Source: an uncultured Actinomycetes bacterium (GTDB lineage Bacteria; Actinomycetota; Thermoleophilia; UBA2241). From it: 64,000 bases of DNA. The notes below the pieces were generated by a model that was given only the letters and a program-made list of their open reading frames with translations, was not told the DNA's origin and ran no database searches. Location: the NCBI GenBank assembly GCA_963767005.1, contig CAVYCN010000007.1, positions 91,121 through 155,120 of the forward strand. Reading direction: 5' to 3'. Positions 9,124-18,224 of this stretch are shown here, piece after piece (positions within the stretch are counted from its first letter, which is position 1; each line of letters begins with the position of its first letter). A program made the translations under genes and the position numbers.

Positions 9124-10232
9124 GTGGCCGTGCCTCCTTGCGAGGGTGAGGGCGCGCCGGGTGGGGCGCCGGTGGCGGGCGGGGCTGCCTCGGCAGCCCC
9201 GCCCGCCACCGGCGCGGAGCCGCTCCTGACCAGAAACGCGCCGCCGCCGAACGCGACCGGCAGCAACCAGGTCGCGATACGCCACAGCACCAGGCTCGGC
9301 ACGCGGATGGTGGCGACGGCCGCCGGTCCGATCAGGGCGAGGTAGCCGAGCTCGGCTACCCCGGCACCGCCGGCCAGCGGCGAGAGCGGCATGATCACCT
9401 GCAGCACCGCCTGGCCGGTGACGATCTCGAGGACACGGCCGTGCCAGCCGAGCCCGACCAGGATCAGCGGGATGATCGCGAACATCGCTGTCCAGTACAG
9501 CAGCGTCGCAAGGGCGGCACCCGTCCACAGCCGCCAGCCGGCGTGGTGGTACTCGCCGAAGGCTTCGCGCACAGCGTGGATGTTCTGGTGAAAACGCTCC
9601 GGGAGCTGCTCGAGGCCGATCGGTCGGCGCACCCACAGCGAACCGATCGCCCAGGCGACCGCGGTCGCGCCGACCGCGCCGATCACGACCCAGCGCTGCA
9701 GCGGCGTGATCGGCGAGCCGGTCGCCGGCAGCAGCGCGGCCAGGGCAACGAGCACGAGCACCGACGTGTGCACCACGCCCTTCACCAGGATCACGGCGGT
9801 CGCCTGCGGCAGCGTCAGCCCCTGGCGCCGCAGCGAGAGCGCCTGGTACGGGATCTCCACGCCGCCGAACGACGTCGTGCCGCCCACGAAGTTGGCACGC
9901 AGCGACAGCAGGAGCAGCGGCCGCAGCGGCAGGCGGCGCTCGTGCACGCGCGCCAGCAGCACCAGGGCCGCCGCGTCGGCCAGCAGGTAGCCGACCACGC
10001 AGAGCGCCGCGTAGGCGAGGAACTCGGGCTCGCGCGTATGGCTCCGCACGACGACGAAGTCGTGCGTCAGGTGCAGGCTGAAGAGGCGCACGATCAGCAC
10101 CGTGGTCATGACGCTCAGGGCGAAGCCCGCGAACATGCGCGGCCTGGTGAGAAAGGCGCGCAAGCGCTCGGGCGGCGCGACGAGCGGCTGTTCGACCTCG
10201 CCGGGCACCGGTTGCTGTGGCGCGTCAGACAC
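9120..10232 (-). CDS. Lysylphosphatidylglycerol synthase TM-domain / UPF0104 flippase-like membrane protein
   Basis: Multi-TM protein with NFVGGTTSFGGVE, PLAGGAGVAELG and LVLWRIATW motifs. Confidence 0.75.
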   Translation of the reverse strand: MSDAPQQPVPGEVEQPLVAPPERLRAFLTRPRMFAGFALSVMTTVLIVRLFSLHLTHDFVVVRSHTREPEFLAYAALCVVGYLLADAAALVLLARVHERRLPLRPLLLLSLRANFVGGTTSFGGVEIPYQALSLRRQGLTLPQATAVILVKGVVHTSVLVLVALAALLPATGSPITPLQRWVVIGAVGATAVAWAIGSLWVRRPIGLEQLPERFHQNIHAVREAFGEYHHAGWRLWTGAALATLLYWTAMFAIIPLILVGLGWHGRVLEIVTGQAVLQVIMPLSPLAGGAGVAELGYLALIGPAAVATIRVPSLVLWRIATWLLPVAFGGGAFLVRSGSAPVAGGAAEAAPPATGAPPGAPSPSQGGTAT

Positions 10233-11445
10233 CGACGAACTGGCGATCGAGATCGAGTGGGACGAGCCCCGGCCACCGCACCGCGCGGCGCAGCAGCTCG
10301 TGGTAGCGCGCGGCGGCGACCTCGGGAGCGTGGCGCGACAGGGCGAGGCGGCGCCCCCTCTCCCCCATGCGGCGCCGCTCGTCGGCGCTCATGGCGAGCA
10401 GCCGGCCGAGCGCCTCGCGCAGCTCGCCCGGTCCCTGGGCGTCGACCACGAGCCCGCTCTCGCCGTCGATCACCGCTTCGGGCGCGCCACCCGAACGGCC
10501 GACGATCAGCGGCAGGCAGCTGAGCGCGGCCTCGGCGTACACGATGCCAAAGCCCTCGACCTCGAGACCACGCAGCCGCGTACGCGACGGGCCGGCGAAC
10601 ACGTCGGCCGCGCGCAGCCACAGTCGCAGCCGGTCGCCGGTGACCTCGCCGGGCAGATGGACGCGGTCGGCGATGCCGGCGGCGGCCGCCCGGCTGCGCA
10701 GCTCGCCGGCCAGGCGGCCGCCGCCGACCAGGGCGAGACGCGCGTCAGGAAACGACCCGGCGAGCGCCGCCATGGCGTCGATCAGCATGTCCTGGCCCTT
10801 GCGCGGCACGAGCCGCCCGACGCAGAGCACGAGCAGTCCGTCGGCCAGGCCGAGAGCGGCGCGAGCGGCCGCCGGGTCGACGTCGAGGGCCGCCGTGTAA
10901 CGGTCGACCTCCAGGGCGGGACGCACCACCTCGGCGCGTGCCAGGCCGCTGGTCAGACGCGCGGCCTGGTCGGCCGTGTAGCGGCTCACGGTGAGCAGCA
11001 GCGCCGCCTCGACGAGCACGGTGCGCAGCATTCGGGCGAGGCCGGGGACCGCGCCGGGCAAGGTGACCTCGGCGCCGCCCAGAAAGACGACGTAGGGCAC
11101 GTGCGCCGTGCGCCGCAGCCAGGGACCGAGCAACCCGGCCGGCAGCGGGTGGCCGAGCTGCAGGAGCTCGAGGTCGTGCTCGCGGATGAGGCGCTCGCAC
11201 AGGCGCTCGAGCGCCGGCGTGGGCAGGAGCACCGAGCGCTTGTCGCGGATCACGGTGTACGGGTGGCCGGCGTCGAAGGCGGCGGCGTCGGGGTGGGCGG
11301 GCGCGACCACGACCACGTCGTCGGGGTCGAGCGTCTGGAGCATGTTCCAGTAGTAGGTCTGGGCGCCGCCGACCCTGGGCGGGAAGTCGTTGGTCACAAA
11401 CAGGGTGCGGGGGACCGGTCCGCCCACGAGCCTGGCCTCGTCCAT
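10225..11445 (-). CDS. GT4 glycosyltransferase, PimB'-like
   Basis: TLFVTNDFPPRVGG, GRLVPRKGQDMLI and EGFGIVYAEA..GRSGGAPEAV. Probably leaderless (TACAAT 7 nt before ATG 11445). Confidence 0.9.
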   Translation of the reverse strand: MDEARLVGGPVPRTLFVTNDFPPRVGGAQTYYWNMLQTLDPDDVVVVAPAHPDAAAFDAGHPYTVIRDKRSVLLPTPALERLCERLIREHDLELLQLGHPLPAGLLGPWLRRTAHVPYVVFLGGAEVTLPGAVPGLARMLRTVLVEAALLLTVSRYTADQAARLTSGLARAEVVRPALEVDRYTAALDVDPAAARAALGLADGLLVLCVGRLVPRKGQDMLIDAMAALAGSFPDARLALVGGGRLAGELRSRAAAAGIADRVHLPGEVTGDRLRLWLRAADVFAGPSRTRLRGLEVEGFGIVYAEAALSCLPLIVGRSGGAPEAVIDGESGLVVDAQGPGELREALGRLLAMSADERRRMGERGRRLALSRHAPEVAAARYHELLRRAVRWPGLVPLDLDRQFVGV

Positions 11446-11546
11446 GGCGGCCATTGTACCCGTTCGTGACGGCGCCCGGCCGTGGTGCCATCTTCGCCGT
11501 TCGTGACGCGCCCGGCCGCGTAGCGACGTACCGCGGCCGTGACGCC

Positions 11547-13211
11547 CTACGGCTGCTGGCGCTCGACGATGGCCTGCAGGACCTCGAGCTCGTCGCGGTC
11601 GAACCAGTACAGGTCGCAGGGGCTGCAGTAGTCGATCTCGACGGCGTAGTCGTAACTGTACAGGCGGCGCATCATGGGCCGGCCGCAGCGCGGACAGGCG
11701 ATCGTCTCGCCGCCGCCCGCCGCACGCCGGGCGCGGTCGGCGCGGCGCAGGTGGTCGCCGTTCTGGATGACGGCCGTCGCCTCCTGGAGCTGGCCCTGGT
11801 CGAACCGCATCTCGCGGCGCGCCAGAACGCGCTGCACCTGCGAGCTGCCGGCCAGCCGGCCGCCGCAGCCCCGGCAGATGAGCACGTCGGCGCCTTCGTA
11901 GTCGAAACGCTCCAGCCCGGTGCCGCAGCGCGGGCAGCGGCCCACGCCGCCGCCCCCGTCCCGGCCCGCCGGCGACTGTCCGGCGCCCGGTGCTGTGATC
12001 GGCGCCTGCGCGGCGGGCGGCGCCTGCGCGGCGGGCGGCGCCTGCGGCGCCGACGCCGGTGCGCTCTGCACGGGCGCGGCCGCGAGCGTCGTCGTCACGA
12101 GCTGGGCGAGCCGGTCCTGGGCGGCCATCGGAGGTGGCGGCTCGGGAGCGGCCGTCGCGTGTTCCTGCTGGGCGGCGGCGGTTTCGGCCGCCGCCATCTG
12201 GGCGTTGAACTGGTCCCAGCCGACGTGCGCGGCGTTCAGCAGACGAGTGATGCGGTCGTTGATGGGCGGATGCGTGGCCATGGCGCGCGCGAAGAAGCCG
12301 TTCGGCGTGAGCTCGGTCGGCCTGATGCACAGCGCCGACAGACCGTCGGGCATGTAGCCGCCGCCACTCTGGTAGCCCACCATCATCTGCAGCGCCTGAG
12401 CGAGGCTGAGCGGATCGCGTGTGTAGCGCGCGGCGGCGGCGTCGGCCTCCCACTCGCGCTGCCGCGAGATAGCCGCGTTGGTGACGGCCGACGCCGCCTC
12501 GGCGAGCCGCACGAGCAGGTAGAGAAGGATGGACGCGGCGCTCACCCGTACGTCGCTTTCGAAACCGCCCTCGAGCGTGTCGGCTACGCCACTGTAGATG
12601 CCGAACAGCAGGCAGGCGCTCGTGGCGGTCACGTAGTCGCCCGACAGCACGTGGCCGAACTCGTGGGCGACGACGCCCTGGAGCTGCTCGCGCGACAGAC
12701 GCGACAGGGCGCCCTCGGTCACGCCGATGCAGGCGCCGCCCTTCAGGTCGCTGAACGTGAACGCGTTCATCGCCCGCGTCGGCACGGTGAGACAGGTCAC
12801 GGCCGGGGAGCCGGTCGCCAGGCGCATCTCCTCGACGATATCGGACAACCGCTGGTGGAAGCGGTCGCCCGGGTCGAGCGCCTGCGCGTGCATCATGCGG
12901 ATCAGCCGTTCGCGGGCGCTGCGCCGCGAGAAGTACCAGTACGCGACGGCGAGCAGCAGCGCGATCAGCACCACGAGCCCGATCGACGCGACGAGCGAGC
13001 CGACGGTCGGCGCGACGCCGGCGGCGGTGCTCGTGCTCATGCCGTCGGTGCGCAGCAGCCAGACCACACCGCCGAGCACGACGGCGAGCGGCGCGATGCA
13101 GAGGAGCACGATGGCGGCCAGGAGCCCGAAGAGCGCCCACACGCGCCAGCGCGCCTCGCGCTCCACCTGGAAGATCGACTTCGTCGTCCGCGCCCTGGGC
13201 GTCTCTGCCAC
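11547..13211 (-). CDS. HtpX-like M48 zinc metalloprotease fused to two TFIIB-type zinc ribbons
   Basis: NAFT, HEFGH, SRQREWEADA and THPP motifs; C-terminal CPRC..CRGC and CPRC..CSPCDLYWFDRDEL. Confidence 0.85.
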   Translation of the reverse strand: MAETPRARTTKSIFQVEREARWRVWALFGLLAAIVLLCIAPLAVVLGGVVWLLRTDGMSTSTAAGVAPTVGSLVASIGLVVLIALLLAVAYWYFSRRSARERLIRMMHAQALDPGDRFHQRLSDIVEEMRLATGSPAVTCLTVPTRAMNAFTFSDLKGGACIGVTEGALSRLSREQLQGVVAHEFGHVLSGDYVTATSACLLFGIYSGVADTLEGGFESDVRVSAASILLYLLVRLAEAASAVTNAAISRQREWEADAAAARYTRDPLSLAQALQMMVGYQSGGGYMPDGLSALCIRPTELTPNGFFARAMATHPPINDRITRLLNAAHVGWDQFNAQMAAAETAAAQQEHATAAPEPPPPMAAQDRLAQLVTTTLAAAPVQSAPASAPQAPPAAQAPPAAQAPITAPGAGQSPAGRDGGGGVGRCPRCGTGLERFDYEGADVLICRGCGGRLAGSSQVQRVLARREMRFDQGQLQEATAVIQNGDHLRRADRARRAAGGGETIACPRCGRPMMRRLYSYDYAVEIDYCSPCDLYWFDRDELEVLQAIVERQQP

Positions 13212-13436
13212 GCGCTCGCCGTCCCTTCCGGCCCGCCGGACTTCGGGTCTCTATGTCGGCAGACGGGGCGCGCGCTTGAAGAGCGCACCGCAGAGAGCGT
13301 GAAAAGACACGCGAGATCCTGGTTTACACTGTGAGCGACGTGGTAATATACGGTCTGCGACCACGGGCAAGGCCTTCCCAACCGCGGTACGCCCGGGCCG
13401 CAAGGTACCCCCCCAGGTACCACCCATGGCTCCTTT

Positions 13437-13505
13437 CACAGCCCCAGACCCCCCTCTGGGGCTGCCCATTTTCGGGACACAGCCCCAGACCCCCCTCTGG
13501 GGCTG
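13437..13505. repeat. Two identical 28-nt hairpin units, period 41 nt
   Basis: CACAGCCCCAGACCCCCCTCTGGGGCTG at 13437-13464 and 13478-13505; each has a 10-bp stem and a C6 loop. Confidence 0.9.
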
Positions 13506-13544
13506 TGTGCTTTCTGGGCGAGCGATCGGCTGGCGAGCGCGGGC

Positions 13545-14255
13545 TCAGGGCTCGCGCACCCTCGCCACCGTGAGGAAGTTGGCCATGAGCTCGCCGCAGA
13601 CCATGGCCGAGCGCAGCAGCTCGCGTTTGCTCACGTCTCTCAGCACCCTGCCGCCGTCGGGGTGCTCGCGCGCGATCACGCCGCCCGCCGCGCGCAGCCA
13701 CGACCGCAGCAGGCGCCTGTCGAGCTCGGGGTGGAACTGCACGCCCCAGGCGGCCCGACCGACGCGGAAGATCTGGGGGTCGCCGTCGGTGTCGGCGAGC
13801 GGCAGCGCCTCGTCGGGCAGGCGACAGGTGTCCTCGCGCCACGAGAAGACGAGCGGCCGCGGGTGCATGCCGGCCACGAAGGCGTCGCGGGCCGAGAACT
13901 CGATCGGCTCCCAACCCAGGTCGAGCGCCGCCCGCGGGTAGACGTCGCCGCCGGCCGCCAGGCAGAGCTGCTGCGCACCCAGGCCGATGCCCAGCGTCGG
14001 CAGCGCAGCCGACACGGCCGCCGCGAGCAGCTCGCGCTCGAGCGCGAGCAGCGGCTCCGCGCTGCCGTCGCCGACGCGGCCCCGCCCTCCGAGCGTGACC
14101 AGCGCCGCGCAGCGCTCGAGCTCGGCGGCGCTCGGCAGCGGGTCGCCGCGGTCGAGGCGCCGCACGTCGAGCGTAAGTCGCGCGTCGCCCAGGTACTCGC
14201 CGATCAGGGCCGGCGGCGACTGGGCCTCGTGCTGCAGGATGACGACGGTCGGCAT
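13545..14255 (-). CDS. Class I glutamine amidotransferase-like protein lacking the nucleophile Cys
   Basis: VILQHE...LVTLGG, LGIGLGAQ (normally LGICLGAQ), WGVQFHPE. Confidence 0.8.
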   Translation of the reverse strand: MPTVVILQHEAQSPPALIGEYLGDARLTLDVRRLDRGDPLPSAAELERCAALVTLGGRGRVGDGSAEPLLALERELLAAAVSAALPTLGIGLGAQQLCLAAGGDVYPRAALDLGWEPIEFSARDAFVAGMHPRPLVFSWREDTCRLPDEALPLADTDGDPQIFRVGRAAWGVQFHPELDRRLLRSWLRAAGGVIAREHPDGGRVLRDVSKRELLRSAMVCGELMANFLTVARVREP

Positions 14256-14388
14256 GGCTCGTGTACGATACTCCTCGCCACGAGCGTCGTGCGCTCGGCA
14301 ACGCGAGCGCGCGGCTCTCGCCCGCCGACGGAGCCGCTCACCCGAGGAGACACATGAGCACCGACCAGCACTGCCCCCCGGACCACCG

Positions 14389-15237
14389 ATGACGCCCGCC
14401 GCGATCGACCCGGCTACCCCGCGCGTCGAGATCCTGAGCGCCGGCAACGAGGTGCTGCTCGGCGACGTCCTCGATACGAACTCCCACCGTCTGTGCCGCC
14501 TCGTCACCGCGCTCGGCGGCGCCGTGACCCGCACCGTGCTCGTGCGCGACGACCTCGACGCCCTCGCCGCCGAGGTGCGCGGCGTGCTCTCGCGTGCGCC
14601 GGCGCTCGCCTTCACGGTCGGCGGCCTCGGGCCCACGGCCGACGACATGACCCTGGCCGGCCTGGCGCTCGGCCTCGGCGTGCAGCTCGAGCTGCACGCC
14701 GAGGCCGAGCGCCTCGTGCGCGAGGCCTACGCCGGCTTCGCGGCCCGCGGCCTCGTGCCCTTCGCCGAGATGAACGTCTCGCGCCGCAAGATGGCGCGGC
14801 TGCCGCGGGGCGCCTTTCCCGTGCCCAACCCGGTCGGCGGCGCCCCGGGTGTGGTCACGGTGGTCGGGCCGACCACGTTCGTGTCGCTGCCCGGCGTGCC
14901 CGAGGAGCTCGCCGCCATCGTCGACCGGTCGCTCGACGCCGTCTTCTCGGGCATCTTCCACGCCGCCCACTACGAGGAGCGCACGCTGGCCGTCGACCTG
15001 CAGGACGAGTCGGCGATCGCCGACATCCTGGCCGCCGTCGAGGCCGCCCACCCCGCCGTCTACGTCAAGTCGCGCGCCAAAGTCATGGCCGAGGGCGTCA
15101 CCCTGCGCATCACGCTCTCGACCCGCGGCGACGACCCCGCCCGCGTCGACGAGCTCCTGCGCGCGCCGGCCGCCGAGCTCGCGGAGCAGATCGCCGCCGC
15201 CGGCTTCGCCGTTCGCCCCGAGGAGCCCGAAGCCTGA
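14389..15237 (+). CDS. CinA-like molybdopterin-binding (MoCF_biosynth) domain protein, no PncC domain
   Basis: EILSAGNEVLLGDVLDTNS, GGLGPTADDMT, NPVGGAPG, LPGVPEEL. Confidence 0.85.
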   Translation: MTPAAIDPATPRVEILSAGNEVLLGDVLDTNSHRLCRLVTALGGAVTRTVLVRDDLDALAAEVRGVLSRAPALAFTVGGLGPTADDMTLAGLALGLGVQLELHAEAERLVREAYAGFAARGLVPFAEMNVSRRKMARLPRGAFPVPNPVGGAPGVVTVVGPTTFVSLPGVPEELAAIVDRSLDAVFSGIFHAAHYEERTLAVDLQDESAIADILAAVEAAHPAVYVKSRAKVMAEGVTLRITLSTRGDDPARVDELLRAPAAELAEQIAAAGFAVRPEEPEA

Positions 15238-15421
15238 CCAGCAGGGGCTTGCGCCCGCGGCGCGTCGCGGGTCTCCACCCGAGTCGCTGCCTCACCATCG
15301 TCGACGCGCCCGAACCGAGGGCTGAGGCCCACCACGCCCCCGGCACCTCCAACTGGGTAGACGGCGAGCAGGATCGAGCACGCGCACGGTCCGGGCTCCC
15401 GCCTCGTACGCCGGTGGTCGG

Positions 15422-15525
15422 GCGGCGGGGGTGAGGGCGAGGGCGAACTTCGAGCCGGACCCGGCGCGGCGTAGCCGAGCCGGTCCCCGCAGCGAACCGC
15501 GAGCCCGAGCCCTCACCCCCGCCGC
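15422..15525. repeat. 104-bp element bounded by perfect 17-bp inverted repeats (MITE/REP-like hairpin)
   Basis: GCGGCGGGGGTGAGGGC at 15422-15438 and GCCCTCACCCCCGCCGC at 15509-15525. Confidence 0.6.
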
Positions 15526-15598
15526 AGCCGCAGGCGCGCCAAGACGAGAGGAGGGTCTTCGCGGACCGCCCGCACGCGGCGCAGATCCCTGCTCGCCG

Positions 15599-16267
15599 CT
15601 ACCCGAGCGCCTTCACTACCTCGGCGACGAACCCGTCCTCGGGCAGGGCGCCCACGAAGCTGTGCTCCCCGTCGATCACGACCTTGGGCACGGCCAGCAC
15701 CTCGTGACGCGCCGCCAGCTCGGGGAAGTCGCTCGCCACGATCACGTCCGCGGTCACCCGCGCGCTCACCATGGCCAGGTGATGGGCCGTCCGCGCCGCG
15801 GACGGACAGTGTGGTCAGGTCGGGGTGACGAAGACCCGCAGATGGACGTCGCGCGGCAGGGCCTCGAGCACGGCGTGCGTCTCGGGCGAGAGCTCGTCGC
15901 GCCCGGCGGCGACGTCGATGACGTCGCCGAGCAGGCTGGCGAACTCGTAGCCCGAGGGCAGCCCGAACAGGCGCACGGCGCCGCGCGCGCCGGGTCCGCG
16001 GACGACGACGGCCGGCACCATGTCGATGCCGTGCCGCTCGGCGAGCTCGCGCTCGGCGTCGACGTCGTGCACCTCGAGCGCCAGGTGATCGCTCGTCGCA
16101 CAGAGCTCGCGCAGCAGCGCTTCAGTCTCGGAGCAGCTCGGGCAGGCCTCGCCGGCCGCGGCATCGGCGGACCGCCGCGTGAAGTGCACGAGCGTGACGT
16201 CGGCGGTGAGCTCGGTCGCGAGAATCTCGCGCAGTCGGGCGGTCTCGTCATCTGAAAGCAGCGCCAT
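15599..16267 (-). CDS. Selenocysteine-containing protein-disulfide oxidoreductase (two thioredoxin folds, AhpF N-terminal/PDO family), 222 aa
   Basis: CPSC in fold 1, then FGLPSGYEF. The frame continues through TGA 15815-15817 as FVTPT-U-PHCPSAARTAHHLAM...FPELAARHEVLAVPKVVIDGEHSFVGALPE to TAG at 15599. Confidence 0.88.
15787..15805 (-). promoter_or_regulatory. Putative bacterial SECIS element
   Basis: CCGTCCGC-GGC-GCGGACGG, an 8-bp perfect stem whose G-initiated loop follows 17 nt after the UGA. Confidence 0.7.
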
Positions 16268-16321
16268 GGTCCCTCCCGCGCGTGGTCCGGCAGCCGCTGC
16301 CGGCCTCTCTTGCCGCAGAGC

Positions 16322-17695
<1,374 letters not shown>

Positions 17696-18055
17696 CGGGG
17701 GCGACTCCTCGAGGGTCGGGCACCGGCCGACGGCGGCCGGCGGAAGTATAGCAGAGGGGCTGTCGCCAGACTGGCAACGGTTTGTCGCCGCGCCCCCCTG
17801 TGGGCCTCGCCCAGCGTGCCGATACGAAAGGGGACCGATCAGCAAGCAACGAAAGGTCACCAGGCAACGACACCGGATCGGGCGCACTGCCCGGATATCG
17901 CTTCCCTCTCCCTGCCGGGCCGGTCTCCTTCGACTGTACCCACCAGCCCGCATCACGCGAAGGCCCCAAACCGGCCCGGCCCTATGAGATCCGTCCGGCC
18001 CGCCGGCGCCGCTCACAGAAGCGACGTCAGCGGGCCGGTCCATTGTCCGGCGATC

Positions 18056-18105
18056 GACTTCGTCGTCGCCGCTCAGGCAGGCGTGACTTCGTCGCGCGCC
18101 TGGTC
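18056..18105 (+). repeat. Copy of the ~50-nt structured repeat
   Basis: GACTTCGTCGTCGCCGCTCAGGCAGGCGTGACTTCGTCGCGCGCCTGGTC. Confidence 0.9.
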
Positions 18106-18224
18106 GCCCGCTGATCGTCGACCCCGGTCCTCGGCCCCTCGAGCCGGCAACGGCTCAAGCCGACCTGCCCTTTGTGCCGATGCATGTCGGCGGAAAGCAG
18201 CGACGTCCCGGGCTGGAGCGACTC

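Noticed and set aside
15599-16267. Pseudogene call for the thioredoxin-fold gene
   Set aside because: The stop is a single TGA at the catalytic Cys position with a SECIS-like hairpin and an intact downstream frame; Sec recoding fits better.
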